The notes below the pieces were generated by a model. It did no database searches. It was not told the DNA's origin and saw only the letters and a list, made by a program, of their open reading frames with translations. Below are positions 27,060-36,469 of a stretch of 64,000 nucleotides of DNA, in pieces. Origin of the DNA: an uncultured Methylomirabilota bacterium. GTDB taxonomy: Bacteria; Methylomirabilota; Methylomirabilia; Methylomirabilales; 2-02-FULL-66-22. The translations under genes were made by a program, and so were the position numbers. The stretch is taken from NCBI GenBank assembly GCA_963705305.1, contig OY970067.1, forward strand, positions 1,184,001 to 1,248,000, given 5' to 3'. Every line of letters starts with the position of its first letter. Within the stretch, counting starts at the first letter, position 1.

Positions 27060-29711
27060 CTAGATCAACGCATGGAGCTTCTGGATAAGTGGCTCGCATT
27101 CCGTGCCGGCGAAGCAGAACCGGAGCTCGCGGAAGCGAGACCGTATGGCCTTGACCTGTTCGGCGACATGTGCGCCGTGCACAACCACATCTCTGATGAG
27201 CTCGGCCACCCCGCGGAAGTCCTCGGCCGTCATGCCGAACCGCGTCATCTCGGCGACCCCCATCCGCAGGGCGCCGGAGGCGGTGAACCCCTCCTCATCC
27301 GGACAGGCTTGGAAGTTACAAATAATATTGTTGTCCTCGAGCCGGCGTGCGATCACCGGACCCTGGCTGTACCCGACACGCACCACGACTTGATGCGTCT
27401 CCGTGTACCCTATCTCGGGATCTCCAGCAACATCCAGCTTGTAGTCTTTCAAGGCCCGGGCGAAGGCCTTGGCGTTCGCCAGGACCTTCGGCTGGTAAAC
27501 GTCCTTGAAGTAATTCATCTCGTAGGCGGCCATGAGCAGCCCGAGCAGCGTCCCCAGGTGGTGGTTGGAGACGGCACCGGGGAAGGCGCGCCGGCGGACG
27601 GCCTCCCACAACTCATAGCGCTCCTCGTCTTCCCGGAACCGGCTTCCGATGACGCCGCGCTGCGTGCCGAAATAGGTCTTGTGCGTGGACCCCGTGACGA
27701 GATCGGCACCCTCCTGAAACGGCTGCTGAAAATGTGGACCAATGAGCCCGAGCACGTGGGCCATGTCGTACATAATGACGGTCGTCATCTTCTGCGCGTC
27801 CAAGAAGCGGCGGATCTCTGCCACTGGCTCCTTGTGGAGAACCATGCTCTTGCCAAAGATGATCATTTCTGGGCGATAGGCGTCGATGAGTTCCAGGCTA
27901 GCAGCGACGTCCATCTTGTAGGGGTTCCCTGCCAGCACGGGAAAATTGATGACCGCGGGGCGCTCGGTCTTCGGATCCCGTGCCACGAAGTCGCGGAGCG
28001 CCCCCATCGGCTGTGCACTGAGGTGCCCACCCTTACCAAGGTGGTTGTTCATCACATGGCGGATGCGCCGCTGCTCGGACCGGCGATCGGCGCGGTTGAG
28101 ATAATCGACCAGGGCGCTGAAGACCGTCGCGTTGGCCATCTGCCCGCTGATGACACGGGTTTCGACCTCGGGGCAGCCGAGGAACGCCCGCAGCTCCGCC
28201 TCGAGCAGCGCCTCGACCTCGCCAATGAAGTCGGTGCCCTGGTAGTAGAAAACCTCGGCCTCATAGAACGCCTTCGACTCCCGGTGTTCCGCATAGCGGA
28301 AGGCGGGATCCATCACGGAGAGGAGCCGCACGAGCGGGGACATTGTCATCTCGGATGGAATGAGATTAACGCACTCCTCCTGGCGCCATCGGGTGTTCGT
28401 CGCGCTCTTTTCCACGAGTGACGACACCTTTGCAGCAAAAGCAGCCGCCCCGGCTGGCTGCGTGGGCAAGAGGTGGTCGTACACGATGGGCCGCGCGTAG
28501 GGGGGCGCCTCGGAGCGCAGGTGATACGGGACGACGAGCCCGTCGACCGACTTCCCCCGGATGTCGATGGTCACACGATCGTCATCGACCAGGTCGCTGT
28601 CGAGATACGCCAAACAAAGCGCCCGCAACCCATGCTCCTCGGTACGTCGCGAGAGCAACCCGGCGTCTTCGAAGATCCAGTAGGGCACCATCGTCCCGCT
28701 GGTCACGTAGCCGACGTGCTTCCCCCCCTTGAAGACGCGCGCGCCGGGCCGCGCGATGCCCCTGCTTGCCACGACGAGGGCCTTGATGCTGCGCGGGAGA
28801 TCGCCGATGGCCGAGTAGTCCCGAACGAGATTCTTTGCAAATGCGGCGAACTGTGTGGTCAAGGCAGCCTGCCCGATGAAGTTCCCCTTGCGGGGGGATA
28901 GGCTGACGGCGAACTTGGCGAGCGGAATGGCAAAGATCGGGATCTCCTGCCCCTCGGGGTCGGTCCCTAACTCGTGGCCATAGAGCGGCAGGCCCGCCTC
29001 CAGCCGGAGTGTGTCTCGGGCGGCCAGCCCCACCGGCGTGGCGCCCTTGGCGACCAGGAGCGACCAGACCCGCGGGCCATCCGCACAGGGCACGAAGAGC
29101 TCGAAGCAGAGCGGCTCGCCGGTGTACCCGGTGCGGCCGACCATCACGGGGACCCCGGCGATCGTGACCGAGCCCACCGCGTTCCGCGTCGGCTCCGGCA
29201 TCTCCCCGGACTCGATGGCCCCCGCCAGGATGCCTCGCGATGCCGGCCCCTGGAGGGCAAGCATCGCCAGCCCCTCGGTCCGGTCGATCAACTCGACACC
29301 GGGAAATTCGGTGAGCAGGGATGTGAGATGCGTCCAGTCCTTCTGGCGGTTGGCGGCGTTGACGACCAACAGGTACTCCCCTTCGACAAAGCGGTAGAGG
29401 TACGCGTCGTCGACGGCCGCCCCGGACGGGGTGGGAATGAGCGTGTATTGCGCTCCGATGGGGTGCAAATCCAGCGCCTCAGCATTGTTCGTGAGGACGT
29501 GCTGGAGAAATGGCAGCGCGTTCCGGCCGCGGACGACGAAGCGGCCCATGTGCGAGACGTCGAAGAGCCCCGCCGCCTTGCGCGTCGCCAGATGCTCGGT
29601 GACGCACCCGGACGGATACTGGAGGGGCATCTCCCATCCGCCGAAGTTCACCATCTGGGCGCCGAGGCCCGTGTGGATCGGGTGAAGCACCGTCCTCTGG
29701 AGGTCCGCCAT
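27060..29711 (-). CDS. aminomethyltransferase (GcvT) fused to serine hydroxymethyltransferase (883 aa)
   Basis: N half GLFDVSHMG, RTGYTGE, ARDTLRLEAG; C half NLIPSE, GGHLS, DMAHVLGL, GSTHKTYFG, FPGAVSNHH; one continuous frame. Confidence 0.9.
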   Translation of the reverse strand: MADLQRTVLHPIHTGLGAQMVNFGGWEMPLQYPSGCVTEHLATRKAAGLFDVSHMGRFVVRGRNALPFLQHVLTNNAEALDLHPIGAQYTLIPTPSGAAVDDAYLYRFVEGEYLLVVNAANRQKDWTHLTSLLTEFPGVELIDRTEGLAMLALQGPASRGILAGAIESGEMPEPTRNAVGSVTIAGVPVMVGRTGYTGEPLCFELFVPCADGPRVWSLLVAKGATPVGLAARDTLRLEAGLPLYGHELGTDPEGQEIPIFAIPLAKFAVSLSPRKGNFIGQAALTTQFAAFAKNLVRDYSAIGDLPRSIKALVVASRGIARPGARVFKGGKHVGYVTSGTMVPYWIFEDAGLLSRRTEEHGLRALCLAYLDSDLVDDDRVTIDIRGKSVDGLVVPYHLRSEAPPYARPIVYDHLLPTQPAGAAAFAAKVSSLVEKSATNTRWRQEECVNLIPSEMTMSPLVRLLSVMDPAFRYAEHRESKAFYEAEVFYYQGTDFIGEVEALLEAELRAFLGCPEVETRVISGQMANATVFSALVDYLNRADRRSEQRRIRHVMNNHLGKGGHLSAQPMGALRDFVARDPKTERPAVINFPVLAGNPYKMDVAASLELIDAYRPEMIIFGKSMVLHKEPVAEIRRFLDAQKMTTVIMYDMAHVLGLIGPHFQQPFQEGADLVTGSTHKTYFGTQRGVIGSRFREDEERYELWEAVRRRAFPGAVSNHHLGTLLGLLMAAYEMNYFKDVYQPKVLANAKAFARALKDYKLDVAGDPEIGYTETHQVVVRVGYSQGPVIARRLEDNNIICNFQACPDEEGFTASGALRMGVAEMTRFGMTAEDFRGVAELIRDVVVHGAHVAEQVKAIRSRFRELRFCFAGTECEPLIQKLHALI

Positions 29712-29740
29712 GGGAACCCTTTCCTTCGACCGCCCGGCGG

Positions 29741-31039
29741 TCAGTACAGGTGCTCGCTTCTCTCGAGGAAGCGGCGAAAGCCGGCCGCATCCTGCGCCGC
29801 ATCCGCGATGCGCTGCACCCCCTCTTTGAGGGAGGCCATGTCGGTCGCAATGGAGACCCGCAGGTAGTGCAGCTCCTCCGTGCCGAGCCGGCCGAATGAC
29901 TTCCGGTCCAGCGTCGCGACTCCGTACTCGAAGAGCAGGAACATCTGGAAGAGGGTGGACGGACTGGTCCGCCACCTGACCTCCGGCTTGAGCGATCGGA
30001 ACGCCTCGAGAATCCCCAGGTTCTTGCAGACCCCCGCGATGTTCGGGAAGACGTAGAAGGCCCCCTTGGGCTTTTGGCAGCGGATGCCGGGGATCCCGTT
30101 CAGGGCCGCCACCACAACGTCACGGCGCGCCTGGAAGGCCGCCACCATCCGTGCAACCTCGGGCGCGATGCGCGGATCCTCGATGCCGACGCGGCACCCC
30201 TCCTGGTTGTAGGCCGGGACGCAGGAGAAGTAGTTGATGTTGAGGGTGCGGAACGCCTCGGCCTCCTCGGTCGTGGGAAAGAGGGCCCACCCGATGCGGC
30301 CGCCGGTCCAGGCGTAGCTCTTCGAGGCCCCGGACACGACGATCGTCTGCTCGGCCATCCCTGGGCACGAACTGATGCTAGCGTGCCGGCTCCCGTCGAA
30401 GAGGATGTGCTCATAGACCTCGTCCGAGTAGACGCGCACGCCGGGGCGGCACTTCGCCCGGATCACCTCGGCGATTCCCCGGAGCTGCTCGGCCGAGGCG
30501 ACGCCGCCGGTCGGGTTGCTGGGGAAGCAGAGGTAGATCAATTTCGTCTTCGCCGAGAGCAGCGGCGCCAGCTCCTCGCCCGTCAGGCTGAAGCCCTTCT
30601 CTTCGTCGAGGTGGATCGGCTTGGGGACCGCCCCCACATAGCGAATGAAGGACTCGTAGATGGGGAAGCCGGGGCTGGGGTACACCACCTCGTCGCCGGG
30701 GTCGCAGTAGGTCTGCTGGGCAAAGCCGATTGGGGGCTTGGCGCCCGGGAAGACCACCACCCGCTCCGGGGCGGCCGGGATCCCTCGGCTCTCGCCAAGG
30801 TAGGCGGCCACCGCCTTTCGCAACGGCAGGATGCCCTGCGGATCGCAGTAGTGCGTGTTGTCCCTGTCGAGCTGCCGCTTCACCTCGTCCTTGATGATGG
30901 AGGGGATGGGGAAATCCGGCTCGCCCAGGTTGCACTTGATGACCTTCTTCCCCTGCTCCTCCAACAACCGGATGTAGGGCCCAACCTTGAAGGCGTTCTC
31001 CGTGTCGATGATTCGCGACCGCTCAGCAAATACCGCCAT
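29741..31039 (-). CDS. class I/II PLP aminotransferase
   Basis: NLGEPDF, SNPTG, SDEVY, SKSYAWTGGRIG, GAFYVF. Confidence 0.9.
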   Translation of the reverse strand: MAVFAERSRIIDTENAFKVGPYIRLLEEQGKKVIKCNLGEPDFPIPSIIKDEVKRQLDRDNTHYCDPQGILPLRKAVAAYLGESRGIPAAPERVVVFPGAKPPIGFAQQTYCDPGDEVVYPSPGFPIYESFIRYVGAVPKPIHLDEEKGFSLTGEELAPLLSAKTKLIYLCFPSNPTGGVASAEQLRGIAEVIRAKCRPGVRVYSDEVYEHILFDGSRHASISSCPGMAEQTIVVSGASKSYAWTGGRIGWALFPTTEEAEAFRTLNINYFSCVPAYNQEGCRVGIEDPRIAPEVARMVAAFQARRDVVVAALNGIPGIRCQKPKGAFYVFPNIAGVCKNLGILEAFRSLKPEVRWRTSPSTLFQMFLLFEYGVATLDRKSFGRLGTEELHYLRVSIATDMASLKEGVQRIADAAQDAAGFRRFLERSEHLY

Positions 31040-31051
31040 GGCTCCTCCCCT

Positions 31052-31139
31052 TGCTCGCCGGGCTGACGACGACTCACGCTCCCCCGAGGCGTCCGCTTCG
31101 CGCCCGATACCGCCTCGCCGCGATCTCCAGCCGTGACTC
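31052..31139 (-). promoter_or_regulatory. candidate variant ZTP (pfl) riboswitch
   Basis: P1 GAGTCACG/CGTGAGTC, P2 CGAGGCG/CGCCTCG, GGGGAGCG junction, 3' GTCGTCAGCCCGGC next to the RBS of a one-carbon operon. Confidence 0.35.
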
Positions 31140-31262
31140 TTCCGTGAATTGCGCCTGCGTGCCACGACACGGAAGGGAGGCCCTCGCCCCCGGGGCGAGC
31201 CCTGGAGGGCCGCCGGCCGGAGGGGTTTTCGCGGCGCATCCAGCACTCGGAGACCGTCTTGG

Positions 31263-31979
31263 CTACGCGGCCGGCCCGATGCGGATGCGGCCATCGCGCA
31301 AAACGGGCACGACATCCGTCGTGTCGAGCCGGGCACAGACTTCGAGGTCCGGACCCAGCCCCATGGAGCTAATGTGCCTTCCCCATGCCGTGCAGGCAAG
31401 GAGTCCCGGGAGATCGCCCCCATATTCGCGCCAGAGCACCTGGCACGCCCGCGCCCCGTCTCCCAGCGCCACTCCGAACTCGGCCGCCCGGTCCGCGATG
31501 CCCCCGGCGCACACCGCATCCTCCAGCGAGAAGATCCCCTCGTAGCCGGAGCAGACCACGAGCGCGTTTCCAGCCTGCCGCACCAGCCAGGCCGCCACCG
31601 CCCCCCGGTTCATCAGGGCGCCGATGGCCACGCTCCGGCCGGAATCCACTGCGCGCAGCGTCCGGGTTCCGTTGGAGGTCGCCAGGATCAGCTCCCGGCC
31701 CGCCACCGCCTCCGCGCTGAACTCTCGCGGGGAGTTCCCGAGGGCGAAGCCCTCGATCCGCCTCCCCCCGCGCTCGCCGCAGAGGAGCGCCTGCGGATGC
31801 GCGGCCTGAAGGGCGAGGGCCTCCTCCACACTCTCCGCCGGCAACACCGTGCGGCAGCCGTGGGCGAAGGCTGTCACGATGCTGCTCGTGGCCCGGATCA
31901 CATCGACGACGACTATCGTCGGCTCCGGACGCGGCCGCCCGGCAAATTCACAGGGGATGAAGACAACGTCAAGGTGCAT
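31263..31979 (-). CDS. comB: 2-phosphosulfolactate phosphatase family protein
   Basis: VVDVIRATS, GERGG, GNSP.EF, TSNGT, FSLED.VCAG. Confidence 0.9.
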   Translation of the reverse strand: MHLDVVFIPCEFAGRPRPEPTIVVVDVIRATSSIVTAFAHGCRTVLPAESVEEALALQAAHPQALLCGERGGRRIEGFALGNSPREFSAEAVAGRELILATSNGTRTLRAVDSGRSVAIGALMNRGAVAAWLVRQAGNALVVCSGYEGIFSLEDAVCAGGIADRAAEFGVALGDGARACQVLWREYGGDLPGLLACTAWGRHISSMGLGPDLEVCARLDTTDVVPVLRDGRIRIGPAA

Positions 31980-32044
31980 GGCCTGCGCCAATTCCGACCA
32001 CGACGGCTCTGCGGCCCTCCGACGCACAGTCCTCTCCCGGCCGC

Positions 32045-33226
32045 TCAGCCGTGAAGGCGGGGCAAGATGGACGGCTCTGGCCCCCGCGCCTGCTCGTATG
32101 CGGCAATCGGATCGAAGTCCGGGGCAAAGCGATCGAGGCGGAACGCCTCCAGCGAGAGCGACGGCTTTCCAGTCAATATAAGCTCCGCGATGAGCTTCCC
32201 GATGACCGGCCCCAGCGCGAATCCGTGCCCGCTGAAACCGCAGGCATTGCAAAACCCCTTCGGGCTGTCAACGAACCCCAGGATTGGAATCCTGTCCATC
32301 GTTCTCCCGGAGATTCCGGCCCACGCCCGGACAGCCGTACTCCTTCCCAGCGCAGGGAGGAGCATACTCGATCGCCCCGCATACCGCATGATCGTGCTGC
32401 TGGTGTTCACTGCCTCGTAGCACAGCTGCTCCCAGGGACCGCTGCCACCGACGACAACACTCCCCCTGCGCGTCTGGGTAAAGTAGACCGTGCTTCCCGA
32501 GACGAACTGATCGAACAGGGGAGGGAGGGCCTCGGTGGCCATGATCTGATTCCGCCGGTGGATGACCGGAACATTGCACCCGGCCAGCCTTCCGACGTGG
32601 CGGGCCCAGGGGCCTGCGGCATTGACCACCACCGGCGCCCGGACAGTTCCCTTGCTCGTCCTGACTCCTCGCACCTCCCCGTCAACCAGCTCGGTACCCA
32701 CGACCTCCGTGTGGAGCATGAGCTCGGCGCCGTGCCGCTTGGCCGCCCGCCCGAGGCCGATCGTGGTCGCCATCGGATTCGCTTTCCCGTCGGTCGGGCA
32801 GTGACTCGCAGCGACCACGCAATCCGAGAGCGCGGGGCAGACCTCCCTTGCCTCTTTGCCACTCAGGAAGAAGACGGCGAGCCCCAGCGCCCGCTGCCGC
32901 GCCACGGCCGACTCGATCTGCCTCGCCTCTTCGTCGCTGGTCGCAACGATCAGGTTGCCGCCCCGCTTGTACTCGGTGTCGCACTCCAGCTCCTCGCTCA
33001 GGCTCTGCCACATGTTGATGGCTGCCATGGCCATGGGCAGCTCTCTGGAGTCGCGCCCCTGCTGTCGCACCCCCCCTGCGTTCCGGCCCGATTCCATGTA
33101 CCCGACGACTTCCTTCTCGATCAGCACGACCTGCCGGCCGGCTCGTGCGAGATGATAGGCGATCGAGCAGCCGGCAATGCCACCGCCGATGATCACCACC
33201 TCGGCCTCACCCAGGATCTGCGTCAT
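32045..33226 (-). CDS. FAD-dependent D-amino acid/sarcosine oxidase beta-like subunit (HcnC/OoxB-like)
   Basis: IIGGGIAG, SGRNAGG, NAAGPW, GFSGHGFALGP. Confidence 0.88.
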   Translation of the reverse strand: MTQILGEAEVVIIGGGIAGCSIAYHLARAGRQVVLIEKEVVGYMESGRNAGGVRQQGRDSRELPMAMAAINMWQSLSEELECDTEYKRGGNLIVATSDEEARQIESAVARQRALGLAVFFLSGKEAREVCPALSDCVVAASHCPTDGKANPMATTIGLGRAAKRHGAELMLHTEVVGTELVDGEVRGVRTSKGTVRAPVVVNAAGPWARHVGRLAGCNVPVIHRRNQIMATEALPPLFDQFVSGSTVYFTQTRRGSVVVGGSGPWEQLCYEAVNTSSTIMRYAGRSSMLLPALGRSTAVRAWAGISGRTMDRIPILGFVDSPKGFCNACGFSGHGFALGPVIGKLIAELILTGKPSLSLEAFRLDRFAPDFDPIAAYEQARGPEPSILPRLHG

Positions 33227-33245
33227 CTCACTACTCCGGATCCCT

Positions 33246-34667
33246 TCACTTGAAGAGCGTAACACTACCGGCTTCCGGTCTGGCCAGCGCGTGGAGCGGG
33301 ATGGGCTTTATGGGGGCCCGAGGCGTATCGAGCAGAATTTCACCCAGGGGAGTCCCAGTCTCCCTCCTGATAAGCTGGCGGATCAGAGCGCTGCACATCC
33401 TTCCTTGACATCGGCCCATGCCTGCCCGGGTGCGAATCTTCACCCCCCGCACGGTGGCGTCTCCGTCAACGAGCGCTTCCTTCACCTCGCGGACAGTGAC
33501 ACTCTCGCACCGACAGACTACCGTCTCGTCGGTCATGAGATCGAACAGGGCAGGCTTGAGAAGCATCATGTCCCCAATCAGTGCCGCAAATCGCTTGGCT
33601 GACGCGAGCCTCCGTCGGGCCTGCTGCTCCCGTCGCCGGCAGCCTTCGTCGGCGGTCCGTCCAAGAGAGCAGGCTGCCGCCAGGGCGGCAATCCGGCCCT
33701 CTTCCGCCGCCACTTCCGCGCCGCCAATCCCGCCCGCCTCACCGGCCACATAGACGCCCTCAACGCTGGTCTCTTGCTTCTCATCATGCCAGGTAATCCA
33801 CCCGCCTGAGCGCTCCGCAAAAAGCACCTTGCACCCGACGAGCCGTGCCAGATGGATCGAAGGCAGAAACCCGTAGGACAGGTACAGGGCATCGGCCTCC
33901 AGGGTTCGCTCTGTCCCCGGGACCACCTTCCAGGTCTCGTCCACCCGGGCGACAACGACCGCTTGAAGCTCCTCGTCACCGAGCGCCCGTACCGGTACTT
34001 GCCGGCGGTGGTATGGAACGCGAGCCCGCTTGAGTCTGATCCAGTACCCAAGCCCCTCTCGAAGCTTGGCCCAGTGCCCCATCGATCGAAGAGCATTCTG
34101 GATTGACGCCGGGAACCGGGCGGAGGCTTCCAGGATATCCGCCACGTCGACGCCCGCCTCCACAAGCTGGCTGGCCACCTTCAGCTGGAGGGGGCCCACG
34201 CCGGCAAGAACCACCCTGTGCGCCGGCCGGATGCGCTGCCGGACCAGGAGGCTCTGGCCCGCCCCACCCATCATCACACCGGGCAACGTCCACCCCGGAA
34301 AAGCGATCGGAACCTCCTGGGCGCCCGGAGCAAGGATCAGTCGCTTGGCCCGCAGGTAATCCGCCCGGTCGTTCCGGAAGAGCGCCACGTTCCTCTCGTC
34401 GAAGATCCCCCAGACGAGGGTATCCGGCATGAGCTCTACGTGCGTTCCGCGCAGCTGGTCGAGGATCTCGGCTCTCTCAATGCACTCGTCGCCTGCCTGC
34501 CCACGATCCTCGAAGGAGAATTCCTCCGGCACGTGCTTATAGAACTGGCCCCCGAGATCATGATATTCCTCAATCAGCACGACCTCCGCGCCGATCCTGC
34601 TTGCCTCAAGCGCCGCCGCCAGGCCTGCCGGACCTCCGCCCAGCACGGCAATCTCTACTTCTCGCAT
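33246..34667 (-). CDS. FAD/NAD(P) oxidoreductase with C-terminal BFD-like [2Fe-2S] (HcnB/OoxA-like)
   Basis: GGGPAG, FPGWTLPGVM, VCRCE...RAGMGRCQGRMC. Confidence 0.9.
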   Translation of the reverse strand: MREVEIAVLGGGPAGLAAALEASRIGAEVVLIEEYHDLGGQFYKHVPEEFSFEDRGQAGDECIERAEILDQLRGTHVELMPDTLVWGIFDERNVALFRNDRADYLRAKRLILAPGAQEVPIAFPGWTLPGVMMGGAGQSLLVRQRIRPAHRVVLAGVGPLQLKVASQLVEAGVDVADILEASARFPASIQNALRSMGHWAKLREGLGYWIRLKRARVPYHRRQVPVRALGDEELQAVVVARVDETWKVVPGTERTLEADALYLSYGFLPSIHLARLVGCKVLFAERSGGWITWHDEKQETSVEGVYVAGEAGGIGGAEVAAEEGRIAALAAACSLGRTADEGCRRREQQARRRLASAKRFAALIGDMMLLKPALFDLMTDETVVCRCESVTVREVKEALVDGDATVRGVKIRTRAGMGRCQGRMCSALIRQLIRRETGTPLGEILLDTPRAPIKPIPLHALARPEAGSVTLFK

Positions 34668-34971
34668 ATGAGCATTGTCTCCCCTGTAATCGGGGCAGGA
34701 GTACAAGCGGGACGGCCGAGACACACCTACACGGCGGATCGACATGCCCCCTTGCATCGCAAGGGACTGCCCGGACACTTCGCGGGACGAGACACCGCCA
34801 GCCCCACATCTGTACGACCCGCACTGGCGCCGATTCCGTTCACTGCGTCTCTCCGCTCCCCCGTAGCCCACCATCGCATACGCGCGACACCCCGGCCGCC
34901 CCCCCCGATACTCGTCCGGCCGTTCCGAGGAATCCCCGCCGCCGCATTCCGTACGGGACCAGACCAGCCGC

Positions 34972-35268
34972 TCACAATCCGCCCGTCGTCGATCTGCTGA
35001 TCTTCATCCCTTCCCGGACCGGGGTCACGCAGGCGCGCACATTGCCCAATCCTTCCACGGCCACCAGACACTCATAGCACTGCCCGATTCCGCAAAAGAG
35101 GCCCCTCGGCTCGCCGCTGCTCGTGCGGTGGAACGTTCGATGCCCCTCCGCCAGCAGCGCGGCGGCAACCGTCTCCCCCTGGAACGCGACTATTTCCTCT
35201 TCGTCTACAAACAGCCGCACGCGAACGCCCCGATGCACACGCGGGTCCCGCGAGAACGACTCCTCCAT
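34972..35268 (-). CDS. [2Fe-2S] subunit (HcnA-like)
   Basis: GETVAAAL, PRGLFCGIGQCYEC, VRAC. Confidence 0.9.
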   Translation of the reverse strand: MEESFSRDPRVHRGVRVRLFVDEEEIVAFQGETVAAALLAEGHRTFHRTSSGEPRGLFCGIGQCYECLVAVEGLGNVRACVTPVREGMKISRSTTGGL

Positions 35269-35332
35269 CGCTCTTCCCTCTCCGCCTTCCCGGACGGGCT
35301 CCGACCGGACCCCCTCCGCGTCCGTCACACCC

Positions 35333-36334
35333 TCAGCTGCTCTCCATCAGTTTTTCAATGTTCTTGGGATCGGCGATTCTTTCCCAGCGAGGTATCTTTG
35401 CCCCCTGCAAATTCTGCAGCTCGACTGCCATGAGATTGTCTCTTGCATCGCAGAGCCTATTTGCCCCCCAGAGGATCCAATGCATGGAGACGAGTGGGGT
35501 GCGAATCTTCACTTTCCGCCGAAACAGTTCGGGGTCCCGATTGCTCAGCCGGATGTACGTATCCAGCAGTACTTCATGCCCCTGCGGGCACAGGAGCTCC
35601 GTCGTGCACCACAGCTGGCACGGTTCGCTGAGGAAGCAGGCTACGTCGTATGTACAATCGTCCCACCGCGGCTTTTCCCAATCGATCAGCTTCAATCCTT
35701 CACTCGTACGGATAAAATTGTCCAACGCTGGATCGGTGTGGTTGATTCCGTCAGGCGCATACAGCCCACAATATTGCGACACCTTCGGCCTGATCTGCCT
35801 CATGAACTGTTTGGTCAGGGTCACAATCTTCGCATCGCGCGTCCTCTTGCCTTCATATTCCCGCAAGTCTGCATACACCATGTCGTAGTTATCCATCAGC
35901 GGGTTCGCCCAGATGATCAATGGCACATTGACCGGTCTCACCATATGCAGTCGCGCCAGCAATTCAGCAATCGCGGGCATCTCTTCCGGGACAAGGGAGA
36001 CGTACGGTCCTCGCAAGTATTCCTCGATCATGATGGCGTGCTCGATGTGCTTCCTGGTGCTATCAAGATAGTAACATTTCGGGGCAATTCCGTGCTTGTC
36101 CAAGAAGCGTATGGCGCGACCTTCATATTCGATCTGATCAGCCATCCCGCTCTGTTGTTCGATATTCACCCGGAATAGGTAGTCCCCGCCATCAACTTTC
36201 ACATGATAATTGAGATTATAGGCGCCATGGTACAGTTCCAAAACCTCTACGGAAGGACTTTTCCCGACTTCCAGCACGTGTGGAGGCAGATTCTTCAGAT
36301 ATCGGCCGATGACTTGCCGCATCTCATCCTGCAT
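35333..36334 (-). CDS. APH/choline kinase family phosphotransferase
   Basis: G.YNLNY, HTDPALDNF Brenner-like motif, LIDWE. Confidence 0.8.
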   Translation of the reverse strand: MQDEMRQVIGRYLKNLPPHVLEVGKSPSVEVLELYHGAYNLNYHVKVDGGDYLFRVNIEQQSGMADQIEYEGRAIRFLDKHGIAPKCYYLDSTRKHIEHAIMIEEYLRGPYVSLVPEEMPAIAELLARLHMVRPVNVPLIIWANPLMDNYDMVYADLREYEGKRTRDAKIVTLTKQFMRQIRPKVSQYCGLYAPDGINHTDPALDNFIRTSEGLKLIDWEKPRWDDCTYDVACFLSEPCQLWCTTELLCPQGHEVLLDTYIRLSNRDPELFRRKVKIRTPLVSMHWILWGANRLCDARDNLMAVELQNLQGAKIPRWERIADPKNIEKLMESS

Positions 36335-36469
36335 ATCCCGCTGCTCGCCCCCACTCGGCGTCATCGTCCCACCTGGGTCCGTGCACGAGAGCCATTCATC
36401 ATATGGATACCCATTGAGTATCTTTTCACTGCGTCCGGTCGACCCTGCGAAGGATCGCTCATGCCATTT

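Noticed and set aside
31148..31165. sigma54 promoter TGGCACGCAGGCGCA on the minus strand
   Set aside because: GG-to-GC spacing is off by one base
31263..31979. coenzyme M biosynthesis inferred from comB
   Set aside because: no comA/C/D/E in the window; ComB homologues are widespread phosphatases
32045..35268. calling the oxidase trio hydrogen cyanide synthase hcnABC
   Set aside because: the same architecture is shared by opine, sarcosine and hydroxyproline oxidases; the transporter context favours catabolism
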